Position numbers and translations under genes: made by a program
In this document: piece by piece, positions 18,225 through 27,322 of the stretch
Numbering within the stretch: the stretch's first letter is position 1
Layout: each line of letters starts with the position of its first letter
Origin: Vulcanimicrobiales bacterium
GTDB taxonomy: Bacteria; Vulcanimicrobiota; Vulcanimicrobiia; Vulcanimicrobiales; Vulcanimicrobiaceae
DNA: 47,888 nucleotides
Direction of reading: 5' to 3'
Assembly: GCA_038231455.1 (NCBI GenBank)
Contig: JBBRLI010000021.1
Coordinates: 1 to 47,888, forward strand
Notes under the pieces: generated by a model
Told to the model about the DNA's origin: nothing
The model's input: the letters and a program-made list of their open reading frames with translations, nothing else
The model's database searches: none

Positions 18225-19402
18225 CGTTTGGGCCCGATCGAAAACGGAATTTCGGCAAGCGTTGCGCGGGCGTCACGACGCGCGGAGAGCGCGCGGACGA
18301 TCAACCGGTGCGGACCGGGAGCGACGTCCTGCACGCGCCAGCGAACGGTAAAACCGCAATCGGTAATTCCGCTCGCTTCGCGCTTCGCGGCGATATCCGC
18401 GCGCGCGGCGGTTGTCTGCGTCTGGACGACGGTGCGATCGTCGAGGGCGATCTCGATCCCGCCGACGAGAAGCGGGCCGATCTCATCGATTGCCCACCCG
18501 CGTAGCTCGAGCTCTTGGTCTTCGGTGCAGACGAGATCGGCCGATTGAGCGATCGAATCGATTGCAATTCCATCGACCGCCCCAACGATCGCCGCGCTCT
18601 CCGGAAGGAGGTCGCTCGAGCGCACGGTCGATTGACGGATTTGCACGCTCGTGAGGTGCGCGTACGTGTCGTCTTCGCTCACACCGAAGATGCGGATTTC
18701 TTCCACTCCCGTCGGCGTAGCGAGGACGGGAATCAGAAAGCCGCATGCGGCCGCGTCCGGTTCGTCGTTGAACGCTGCGACATCGGGCCGGAGTTTGCCG
18801 GAGAAGACGCGCAGATATCGACCGCCCGAACGTGCGATGATCTCGCGCGCGGGCAACCCGTTGAAAAGGGCCCAACCGCGAATCGCCGTCGGGACGTTGC
18901 CCGGAACGATCACCACGCCGTCTTCATCTTGCTGCGCCTGCGTCGAGCCATCGAAGACGCCGTCGATGAAGACGTCCCAACCGAGCGCGTCGAGCGTGAG
19001 ACCGGCGAATGGATCATCCGGCGAGCGGGTTGTAAATGCATCGGCTTGGACGAGTTCGTATCGCTCGCCCGCGACGTCGGCGGCAAGAACGAGCGACTGC
19101 ATCCCCGGTCCGGCGGTAATTGGGAAGACGGCGAGAAACCCCGACCGCAGGGCCTGGGCTCCGTGGACGCCGGCGACATCGGCGCGCTCGATCCCGAGCA
19201 GCGCCTGGGCGGGTTCTTGGTTCGCGATCCCAACCGTTAGCATATGCACGGGCGTCGACTGCGCGGCATCGAGCAACCAGCCGCGGATCGCGATATAACT
19301 TCCGACGGAGAGATCATTTTGCTCGGAGACGCGGCCCAATTGCCGGATTTCGTCGATCGAACCGACGAGATTCTCCGACCGAATGTCGCTTGGGGACCGC
19401 AT
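18221..19402 (-). CDS. Hypothetical soluble protein with three GW...RxD(V/I)...(C/S)GF domains
   Basis: ATG 19402 with GGAG upstream. IRGWLL...RADVA...RSGF; IRGWAL...RPDVA...ACGF; LRGWAI...RADIA...DCGF. Confidence 0.82.
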   Translation of the reverse strand: MRSPSDIRSENLVGSIDEIRQLGRVSEQNDLSVGSYIAIRGWLLDAAQSTPVHMLTVGIANQEPAQALLGIERADVAGVHGAQALRSGFLAVFPITAGPGMQSLVLAADVAGERYELVQADAFTTRSPDDPFAGLTLDALGWDVFIDGVFDGSTQAQQDEDGVVIVPGNVPTAIRGWALFNGLPAREIIARSGGRYLRVFSGKLRPDVAAFNDEPDAAACGFLIPVLATPTGVEEIRIFGVSEDDTYAHLTSVQIRQSTVRSSDLLPESAAIVGAVDGIAIDSIAQSADLVCTEDQELELRGWAIDEIGPLLVGGIEIALDDRTVVQTQTTAARADIAAKREASGITDCGFTVRWRVQDVAPGPHRLIVRALSARRDARATLAEIPFSIGPKR

Positions 19403-19601
19403 GTTGTTCTCCAAAATCGGGGTGGGAACGCCGTTTGCGCGCTCGATCAGACAAATTTTGAGTTCGATCCGCGTTGTTCCTATTCTGCGGAAAAGCCCGA
19501 CGGCAACAGGCGAGACTGAGGCACGCTTTATTACGTGCTAATCGCCTCTGAACGAATGAAATGAAGCGGGAATGCATTCAAAGGATCGAATCATACGGTC
19601 T

Positions 19602-21149
19602 ATGGAGCTGAAGATCGACGATGGCTTGGTCCGTTCGGGCCGCTCCCTTGCGCGGGCGATTGTCGCACCGATCGCAACGTTTATCGAGCGTCACTCGACC
19701 GTCTCGGTCGAGCGGTCGGTTCTCCGGCTCATCGGCGTCGACGGGGTCGACCAAGATGACGTGCCGCTCGTCAACCGCGTCCTTGAACGCGCCGCCCCGG
19801 GGCGTGCCGAGGGCATCGCCCGCGCATTCGGTCGTGCGATCGCCGAACGCGGCGATTCCCCCGCAGCGATCGCACGCGCCATCAGCGCGGGCGAGCTCGA
19901 TTTGAAGCGCGTCGCGAGCGTGCCCCGCGAGGCTGCGGAGGCAGCGCTCGCGCCGCATGTTCGCGCCGCAATCGCCCGCATCGATACGAATCGCCGTGAA
20001 CGCGAGGACCGTCTCGCGCGCCTCGCGCAGGCGCCTCCGCCACTCCTGTACGTGATCGTCGCGAGCGGCAATATCTACGAAGACCGAACGGCCGCGGTTG
20101 CTGCTGCCGAAGCGGGCGCGCAGATCATCGCCGTCATCCGCTCCACGGCGCAGTCGCTCCTGGACTTCGTCCCGTATGGCGCGACGACCGAGGGTTTCGG
20201 CGGCACCTATGCCACGCAAGAGAACTTTCGGATCATGCGCGAGGCCCTTGACGACGTCTCGGAGCGCCTCGGTCGTTACGTGATGCTCACCAACTACGCA
20301 AGCGGCCTTTGCATGCCGGAGATCGCAACGATCGCCGCGCTCGAGCGGCTCGACATGCTGCTCAACGACTCGATGTACGGGATTCTCTTCCGCGACATCA
20401 ATATGAAGCGCACGTTCGTCGATCAGCATTTCTCACGTCTGCTTAACGCACGCAGCGGCATCATCATCAACACCGGTGAGGACAACTATCTCACGACCGC
20501 AGACGCCGTCGAACAAGCACCGGCCGTGCTCGCCTCGCAAATGATCAACGAGGCCTTTGCCCATCGCGCCGGCATGCGCGACGAACAGATCGGCCTTGGG
20601 GACGCGTACGAAATCGATCCCGATCTCGAAGACGGCTTCCTCCTGCAAGTGGCGCAGGCGCAACTCGCGCGGCAGATTTTCCCAAATTCGCCGCTCAAGT
20701 ATATGCCGCCGACCAAACACATGACGGGGAATATTTTCAAAGGTCACTTGATGGATGCGATGTTCAACCTCACCTCGGTGATGACGAACCAAACGATCCA
20801 TCTCTGCGGGATGCTAACCGAGGCGATTCATACGCCTTTCCTTCACGACCGTGCGCTCGCAATCGAAAACGCAAACTACATCATGACGACCGCCCGCCAT
20901 TTCGGCGACGAGATTGCATTCAAGCCCGGTGGCAAGATCGAAGCGCGCGCGCAGCTCGTCCTCGCCGAGGCGGTTAAGCTGCTCGAGCGAGTCGCGGAGC
21001 GAGGTTTGATGAGCTCGATCGAGGGCAAAGCATTCGCCGACGTTTCGCGCCCGCCCGACGGCGGCCGTGGCTTCGATGGGGTGTTCGAAAAAGCTGCCGA
21101 CTATTGGAATCCGTTCGCCGATGAACTCGCGCCGGTGGCGGCGCGATGA
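19602..21149 (+). CDS. kamD: Lysine 5,6-aminomutase alpha subunit
   Basis: HSTVSVERSVLRL, YVIVASGNIYED, AVIRSTAQSLLDFVPYGATTEGFGGTYATQENF, NYASGLCMPEIA, INTGEDNYL, KYMPPTK. ATG 19602 preferred over 19572. Confidence 0.95.
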   Translation: MELKIDDGLVRSGRSLARAIVAPIATFIERHSTVSVERSVLRLIGVDGVDQDDVPLVNRVLERAAPGRAEGIARAFGRAIAERGDSPAAIARAISAGELDLKRVASVPREAAEAALAPHVRAAIARIDTNRREREDRLARLAQAPPPLLYVIVASGNIYEDRTAAVAAAEAGAQIIAVIRSTAQSLLDFVPYGATTEGFGGTYATQENFRIMREALDDVSERLGRYVMLTNYASGLCMPEIATIAALERLDMLLNDSMYGILFRDINMKRTFVDQHFSRLLNARSGIIINTGEDNYLTTADAVEQAPAVLASQMINEAFAHRAGMRDEQIGLGDAYEIDPDLEDGFLLQVAQAQLARQIFPNSPLKYMPPTKHMTGNIFKGHLMDAMFNLTSVMTNQTIHLCGMLTEAIHTPFLHDRALAIENANYIMTTARHFGDEIAFKPGGKIEARAQLVLAEAVKLLERVAERGLMSSIEGKAFADVSRPPDGGRGFDGVFEKAADYWNPFADELAPVAAR

Positions 21150-21880
21150 ATCTGGTCCGGCCGTACGGCGATGCGAAAGACGACGGCGCGATGCAACTTT
21201 CATTTACGCTGCCGATCCCGTGGAGCGAGGCGGCCGACGAAGCGGCGCGTCAGCTGGTCGCAAAAATGGGTTTCTCCGATGTTGCCGTGGTTGACGGACG
21301 CGCGATCGCCGCGGGGTACTCGTTTTTCGTTGTCTACGCGCGCACGCCCGTGACCGTCGACGTCGACACGATTGCGGCACCGTCGGCGACGAGTGACACG
21401 CTCGATATGGACGCGACCGACGCCCTGGTCCGCGAACGCGTCGGGCGCAAAATTCGGATCGCCGGTGCGTGCATCGGAACCGACGCCCACACGGTGGGAA
21501 TCGACGCGATCCTCAACATGAAAGGGTACAAAGGCGATTACGGCCTCGAACGCTATCGCGAGTTCGAGACGTTCAACCTGGGCAGTCAAGTTTCGGTTGA
21601 CGAGCTGGTACGGTTCGCGAAAACAAACGCGATCGACGCCGTTCTGGCATCGCAAGTCGTGACGCAAAAAGGCAGTGACATTGCGAACTTTACGGCGCTC
21701 TCCGAACTGCTCGAAGCCGAAGGTTTGCGTGACCGGGTGCTGCTCCTTTGCGGCGGTCCGCGCGTCACGAATTTGCTCGCCGCCGAACTCGGTTACGACG
21801 CCGGCTTCGGACGCGGAACCTTGCCGAGCGACGTTGCGACGTTCATCGCACGGCGGATGAGCGAACGGGTTCCCGGCTAG
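21146..21880 (+). CDS. kamE: Lysine 5,6-aminomutase beta subunit (B12-binding)
   Basis: VRPYGD..DDG.MQLSFTLP dimerisation domain; GTDAHTVGIDAI (DxHxxG); NMKGY (PLP lysine); GGPR, GYDAGFG; ATGA overlap with kamD. Confidence 0.95.
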   Translation: MNLVRPYGDAKDDGAMQLSFTLPIPWSEAADEAARQLVAKMGFSDVAVVDGRAIAAGYSFFVVYARTPVTVDVDTIAAPSATSDTLDMDATDALVRERVGRKIRIAGACIGTDAHTVGIDAILNMKGYKGDYGLERYREFETFNLGSQVSVDELVRFAKTNAIDAVLASQVVTQKGSDIANFTALSELLEAEGLRDRVLLLCGGPRVTNLLAAELGYDAGFGRGTLPSDVATFIARRMSERVPG

Positions 21881-21923
21881 CGAAGCGAACGGACTGCCGA
21901 TGGTGCGTTTTCATGTCTGCTTT

Positions 21924-23468
21924 ATGGTCCGCTCGGTGCTCGCGATCATCGCGACCGTTTCGATCGCGGCATCGCCGGCGTTAGCTCTGGACCGGTCGCT
22001 CGGCGCGGATGTCGCCAAGCCATCGGCGATGGGCACGGCCTGGACGTCGTCACAACGCGAGTCGCTCGTCCGGGATCTGGATGCGCAACTCGCCACTGCC
22101 GCGACGCTCAAATCGGCGCACGTCGGCGTGTTCGCGATCGACGCACGCGATGGGACCGTGCTGTACGCACGCAATGCGAGCGATGCGTTCATGCCCGCAT
22201 CGACCTTGAAGCTGCTTACCGGCAGTGCCGCGCTCGATCGCTTGGGTGCAAACTTTCGACTCCGCACTTCGGCCTCGATCGACGGGTCGGTTCTCCACGG
22301 TACGGCAAACGGTCGCCTCGTTCTGCGCGGTGGCGGCGATCCGCTCCTGAACGCCGCCGACCTCGACGATTTGGCTGCGACGCTCGAACGCAGTGGCGTT
22401 CGTCGCCTTCGTGGACCGATCGACATCGACACCACCCGCTTCGTCGATCCGCCCTATATGCCGGGCTGGTCGTGGGATGATTTCCCGTACTATTACGCGC
22501 CAAAGATTTCGGCATTCTCGTTTGAGGACAACGTCGTCCATCTCACGATCGCGCCGGCGCAGAAGGCCGGGATGCGCGCGACCGTTACGGCGCTTCCGTA
22601 CGGACGCGTCGGTGAGCTGCCATCGGGCTGCGCCGTAACAAGCGACGTGATCGTTCTCCCGCATGCGCTAACCGGCGAGGCCTCCTCGGCGGATACGCTC
22701 GATCTCGAGCGCGATCCGGGCGGCTGTATCGTCGTTAGTGGCTCGATCCCGCTCGGTGCGCCGCCGGAGACGATGGATGCGGCGGTGCCGGATCCGGGCG
22801 TTTATGCCTGGCACGTGCTGGTCGATCGGATGCGCGCCCATCACATCGACTTTGCGGAGCGAGCCGTGCCGGTGGGATTCCCGCAACCTGTAAATGCCGC
22901 ACCCGCGCCGCTCGATGCACGGCTGGTATGGACGCACGACTCGGAACCGCTCGCCGATCTGCTTGCGGACTGCTGGCTCCCGAGCGACAACTTGCTGGCC
23001 GAACTTTTGCTCAAATCGATCGGTGCCGCCGGCGGCGGCCCGGGCTCGGCCGCGAGCGGAATCGCATTCGAAATGACCTGGCTCGGCACGCTCGGGATCG
23101 ATCTTACACCCCTCTCGATCGACGACGGAAGCGGGCTCTCGTCGTACGATCGCATCACACCGCAAGCACTCGTCGCCATTCTGAAGCACGATTGGGACGG
23201 CCCGCAGCGCGAAGTCATCCTCGACGATTTGCCGCTCGCGGGCGTGCGCGGAACACTCAAATCCAGTTTTGTTGGAACGCTCGCGGAAAAAGCGGTGTTT
23301 GCAAAAACGGGCTCCGTCTCGCACGTGCGCACGCTTGCGGGGTTTGCAGCGACACGGCAACATGGCGCCGTCATCTTCGCGTTCACGGTCGACGACTGGA
23401 CGGGCGTCGCTGCCGATCTCAACGTGCTTCGCGCGAGCGTTCTCTCGCGCATCATTGGAGATGCGTAG
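21924..23468 (+). CDS. dacB: D-alanyl-D-alanine carboxypeptidase/endopeptidase (PBP4, peptidase S13)
   Basis: Signal peptide; PASTLK (SxxK), GGGDP, GWSWDD, SDN (SxN), DGSGLS, KTGS. Start 21924 or 21900. Confidence 0.92.
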   Translation: MVRSVLAIIATVSIAASPALALDRSLGADVAKPSAMGTAWTSSQRESLVRDLDAQLATAATLKSAHVGVFAIDARDGTVLYARNASDAFMPASTLKLLTGSAALDRLGANFRLRTSASIDGSVLHGTANGRLVLRGGGDPLLNAADLDDLAATLERSGVRRLRGPIDIDTTRFVDPPYMPGWSWDDFPYYYAPKISAFSFEDNVVHLTIAPAQKAGMRATVTALPYGRVGELPSGCAVTSDVIVLPHALTGEASSADTLDLERDPGGCIVVSGSIPLGAPPETMDAAVPDPGVYAWHVLVDRMRAHHIDFAERAVPVGFPQPVNAAPAPLDARLVWTHDSEPLADLLADCWLPSDNLLAELLLKSIGAAGGGPGSAASGIAFEMTWLGTLGIDLTPLSIDDGSGLSSYDRITPQALVAILKHDWDGPQREVILDDLPLAGVRGTLKSSFVGTLAEKAVFAKTGSVSHVRTLAGFAATRQHGAVIFAFTVDDWTGVAADLNVLRASVLSRIIGDA

Positions 23469-24464
23469 TTGCTCGGCGCACACTTCGAATCGGAAATTCG
23501 CGAGCAGCCCGATGTCTGGCGGCGCATCGCCGACTCGGACAAAGCGGCGCAATTCGCGAACGCGATCGGCGACCGTTCGGTGCTTTTCGTGGGAAGCGGT
23601 AGTTCGCTCTTCGTCGGGATGCTCGGCGCCCTCGCGCTACGGCGACGCGGTATTCGTGCGGTCGCACTTGCCGCAACGGAAGCGCACTTCGATAACGCGG
23701 CCTACCTTGACGCATGCGTCGTCGCGCTCTCGCAGTCAGGGAAATCGACAGACCTGCTCTCGGCCCTGGATATCTTGCAACCAAAACAGCTCATCGCAAT
23801 CACCAATAGCCCACAGTCGCCGCTTGCAAAGCGTGCCAACGTCGTGATCGACATTGAAGCGGGTCCCGAGATCGCCGTACCTGCGAGCAAGAGCGTGACG
23901 GCCATGGCGGCAATTTTACTTTGGGGTGCGGCGCTCCGTGCCGGAAAAAGCACGCGCAGCGCCGCGACGCTGACCGAAACTGCGGAAGATGTGCGCAGCT
24001 GGCTCGACGGCGATGGCGTTTCGGAAATCATCGAAGCCGCCCGACGCCTTGCGCGTCGCCGCGCGATCGTGATCGTCTCGGCCGGCTACGGCGTACCGAT
24101 CGCAATGGAGCTTGCTTTGAAGATGAAAGAGGCAAGTTACGTCCACGCTGAGGGCTTTGCGGCAGGCGAATTTCGCCATGGAAGTTCGGCGATGCTCGAT
24201 GCATCGTGCGCGATCGTCGGCATCGTTGACGAGCATGCGCGGAATTTCGTCAATCGCCCACTGGCCGAAGCGGCGGAAGCGGAAGCCTTGCGTTATGTGA
24301 TCGGCGGGCGCCTCGCCGATATCCCGCTCATCGGCCCCGTCGCAGGCGAAGCGTTCAATAGCCTTGCGTGGCTCGTTGCGGGCCAAATGCTCGCGCTGAA
24401 TGTCGGTCGCTGCGTCTACGTCGAGAGTGACAGCCCGCGCGGCCTTTCGAAATACGTCGTGTAG
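23469..24464 (+). CDS. Double SIS-domain sugar-phosphate isomerase/deaminase (GlmS C-terminal-like, no glutaminase domain)
   Basis: EIREQP, GSGSS, SQSGKS.D, AGPEIAVPASKS, ELALKMKE, EFRHG, SPRGLSK; TTG start with GGAG RBS immediately after the dacB stop. Confidence 0.88.
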   Translation: MLGAHFESEIREQPDVWRRIADSDKAAQFANAIGDRSVLFVGSGSSLFVGMLGALALRRRGIRAVALAATEAHFDNAAYLDACVVALSQSGKSTDLLSALDILQPKQLIAITNSPQSPLAKRANVVIDIEAGPEIAVPASKSVTAMAAILLWGAALRAGKSTRSAATLTETAEDVRSWLDGDGVSEIIEAARRLARRRAIVIVSAGYGVPIAMELALKMKEASYVHAEGFAAGEFRHGSSAMLDASCAIVGIVDEHARNFVNRPLAEAAEAEALRYVIGGRLADIPLIGPVAGEAFNSLAWLVAGQMLALNVGRCVYVESDSPRGLSKYVV

Positions 24465-24534
24465 CGAAACGGCGTTTCACTCTGGGTTTGGCCCAGCCAG
24501 GAGTTGAGAAGCGATTTAACGTATCTTTAAGCTC

Positions 24535-24573
24535 AGCGAACGTGCGTCAGATGACGCCGCTCGCTTTTCTTTT
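24535..24573 (+). terminator. Possible intrinsic terminator/attenuator after the SIS gene
   Basis: AGCGA...GCGTC-AGAT-GACGC...TCGCT followed by a T-rich run (TTTTCTTTT, 24565-24573). Confidence 0.45.
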
Positions 24574-24641
24574 GTCGCGCCATCGATAATCGGCCGTGAT
24601 GCAACTGAGCAACGGATGGTTACGAAGGCGAAGGAGTACCT

Positions 24642-27305
24642 ATGACCACGCAACTCCATCGCTGGAAAACGTTCGTATTTGCGCTCGTCGTCGCGTTTGT
24701 TGCCTGCACGGGTGCGTCGGCATTCGCGGGTACGACGGGATCGATCACCGGGACAATTATCGATGGCGGGACCAAGAAGCCGCTGGCGAACGTTCGCGTC
24801 CGCGCAGCCTCGGTCTCGCAGACGCAGTCGACGACCACGAACGCGCAAGGCTTCTTCGTTTTGCAGAATCTCAGCCCCGATACGTATACGTTGAGTGCGG
24901 AGGCCAGTGCCTATCAGACGTACGTTGCAGAAGGCGTGACCGTCCAGCAAGACATCAACGTCCCGCTCAACTTCTCGCTGACCGGTGCTCTGAAAACGAT
25001 CGGCCGCGTCACGACCTCCGCGGGCAGTCTCGTGAAAGGTACGCAAACGACCGACGTGTACAACGTCACCGGCGCCCAGCTCAACGCGGCGAGCGGAGGC
25101 GACAATCTGCACAAAACGCTGTACGAGTACATCGCAACCGCACCCGGTGTGACCTCAAATGGATTCCCGGGCTTGCCGCGTATTCGCGGCGGCGCGGCGA
25201 CCGACACGGGCTACGAGTTCGACGGCATTCCGACGCGCGAACGCATCACGGGCCTCTTTACCTCGAACCTGAGCAACATCGGTTTTCAAAACGTCGAGGT
25301 CTACACCGGCGGCTTGACCGCGCAAAATTCGGGCAATGGCACCGGCGTCATCAACAGCGTTGTGAAGCAGGGCACCTATCCCGCCTCCGGCGTGATTTCA
25401 CTGGGCTCGACGTTCCCGGATTTCAATCATTACCTGACTTTGGAATACGGCAACGCGACGCCGAACAACCGATTCTCGTATTATCTCGCCCTCGATGCCG
25501 TTAATTCGAATAACAGCTACGACAATGGCGCGAACACGTTTCCGAATGTGCTCTACGGAGGTTTTAACGGCGCGGGCCAGGTCGTCACGCGCGACCTAAT
25601 CGCGAATTTCCATTTGCGTCCGAGTGAAAAAGACGACATCCAGTTTCTGCTCCAAAACGGCGTCGGTGAATTTAATTACAGCTATCTGCTGGGCGGCGGG
25701 TCGCATCTCTCATTAATCCCGTGCGCGGGTGCGGTGACGGCGTCGAAGACGAGCCCAACGGGATTCTCCGGCGGAACGGCGCCAAACGGGCAAGCCTGTC
25801 CCTCGGGCCTGGCGTTCGGATCGCTCGATGCCAATCAAGGCAATACCTGGCACCACTACTCGGGCATCGGGAAATTGCAGTGGAACCACCTTATCAACGA
25901 CCACTCGGCGTTTACCGCACGCATTGCAGAAAATTTTAATCAATACATTTTTGACCAGCCGCTTTCCGACCCCAACTACACGACCGACAACGCGAATTCT
26001 CCGGGCGCCGGCTGCCCAGCGTATCCGCTCGCCGCAGGCACGCCGGTCGCCGTTGTCGGCGGGAATCTCTGCAGTCAGCAGATCGAAGTCTTCTACGGTG
26101 ACCGGCGTTCGAACATGTACTTCGGGTCGATCGATTACACCAATACGCCCAATGCCAACGTAACGATCAAGGTCGGCGCGGGGCAAGAATATGACGTCAA
26201 TAACCAGGCGTACTACAACACCAACGGCTTCAACGGTGACGGCACGTATCCGCAGCATGGAACGACGTCGATTTTCCCGACACACTTCCCATTTGTCTAT
26301 GGAGACGTGACGATCAACACCGGTCGGTTCACGCTCGAACCCGGTTTGCGCTACTCGCAAGGCCTTTACGCCTTCCCCGGCTCGCACGCGGTGACGATTT
26401 ACAATCCCACCTTTGGCGCGACTTATCGCGTGAATCCGAGCACCGTGCTGCGCGGATCGTATGCGAATACCTCGAACTTCATCGGCTCCGTGTACGTCTA
26501 CCGGCAATTCAGCACCACCTATAATCCGGTGACAAAAGGCGGATCCTACGATCCGCAGATCAATCACTCGGCCGACCTGATGCTCGAGCATCAATTCGAT
26601 GCGAATACCTCGCTCCGCGTCGGTCCGTACGTGCGGAGCACGAGCAACTACTACTCGCTCTACAAACCGTTTCTCGGCTTGAGTGCTTCGGGTAAACCGA
26701 CGTACGGTCCGACGACGCCGACGAACGCGGGCGCCAACCACGTCTTTGGCGCGGAGTTCGGGCTCAATCACGTCGACAATCGCCCGACGGGCGCTTCGGC
26801 GTTTATCTCAGGCACGTATCAAAACTACTGGACAACGTCGATTTCGAGCGTGACCGGTTCATACGCGCAGTCGCAGCTTCCGGCGAACCTTGCCTCCAGC
26901 GGCTTCCGCCTCCGCGCCACCGGCAATCCGATGTTTAATGGAACCGCGACGTTCGATTTGCACAGCGGCGCATATTCGCTCTTACCGCTCGTGTTCTACC
27001 AAGTCGGGACGTTCTACAACGTCGGACCGGGCGGAAACGAATCGATCGCGCAGTCGAATTGGAAAGTCAACGCGACGCTTTTGCGACGCTTCGGCCAGGC
27101 GGGCAAACCCTCATCGATCGGTTTGCGCGTCACGAACCTCACGAACAACAAGTTCGATACCGCGCCCTGCACGAGCGACGGCACAGGCTGCTATCCGTTC
27201 AACGGTCCGCAGTCCGGCGTCACTACGGCCAAAGGCGCGACCATCTACCAGAATTACACGCAAGACCCGCGCCGCTACGAAGTGTTCTTGACGACCCGTT
27301 TCTAA
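24642..27305 (+). CDS. TonB-dependent-receptor-like outer membrane protein with N-terminal carboxypeptidase-regulatory-like domain
   Basis: Signal peptide ending AFA-GTTG; QGFFVLQNLSPDTYTLSAE; plug-like PRIRGG...GYEFDGIP; amphipathic beta strands (LEPGLRYS); C-terminal YEVFLTTRF; RBS AAGGAG. Confidence 0.85.
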   Translation: MTTQLHRWKTFVFALVVAFVACTGASAFAGTTGSITGTIIDGGTKKPLANVRVRAASVSQTQSTTTNAQGFFVLQNLSPDTYTLSAEASAYQTYVAEGVTVQQDINVPLNFSLTGALKTIGRVTTSAGSLVKGTQTTDVYNVTGAQLNAASGGDNLHKTLYEYIATAPGVTSNGFPGLPRIRGGAATDTGYEFDGIPTRERITGLFTSNLSNIGFQNVEVYTGGLTAQNSGNGTGVINSVVKQGTYPASGVISLGSTFPDFNHYLTLEYGNATPNNRFSYYLALDAVNSNNSYDNGANTFPNVLYGGFNGAGQVVTRDLIANFHLRPSEKDDIQFLLQNGVGEFNYSYLLGGGSHLSLIPCAGAVTASKTSPTGFSGGTAPNGQACPSGLAFGSLDANQGNTWHHYSGIGKLQWNHLINDHSAFTARIAENFNQYIFDQPLSDPNYTTDNANSPGAGCPAYPLAAGTPVAVVGGNLCSQQIEVFYGDRRSNMYFGSIDYTNTPNANVTIKVGAGQEYDVNNQAYYNTNGFNGDGTYPQHGTTSIFPTHFPFVYGDVTINTGRFTLEPGLRYSQGLYAFPGSHAVTIYNPTFGATYRVNPSTVLRGSYANTSNFIGSVYVYRQFSTTYNPVTKGGSYDPQINHSADLMLEHQFDANTSLRVGPYVRSTSNYYSLYKPFLGLSASGKPTYGPTTPTNAGANHVFGAEFGLNHVDNRPTGASAFISGTYQNYWTTSISSVTGSYAQSQLPANLASSGFRLRATGNPMFNGTATFDLHSGAYSLLPLVFYQVGTFYNVGPGGNESIAQSNWKVNATLLRRFGQAGKPSSIGLRVTNLTNNKFDTAPCTSDGTGCYPFNGPQSGVTTAKGATIYQNYTQDPRRYEVFLTTRF

Positions 27306-27322
27306 ACGGAGCACACATCCGG

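Noticed and set aside
19560-19580. GAAGCGGGAATGC resembling part of a cobalamin riboswitch upstream of kamD
   Set aside because: It is too close to the start codon and lacks the following stem and B12-box elements.
27059-27322. N-terminal extension of the 606-aa ORF overlapping TBDR-1
   Set aside because: It overlaps the receptor's C-terminus by ~250 nt, and the signal-like hydrophobic segment starts only after 27320.
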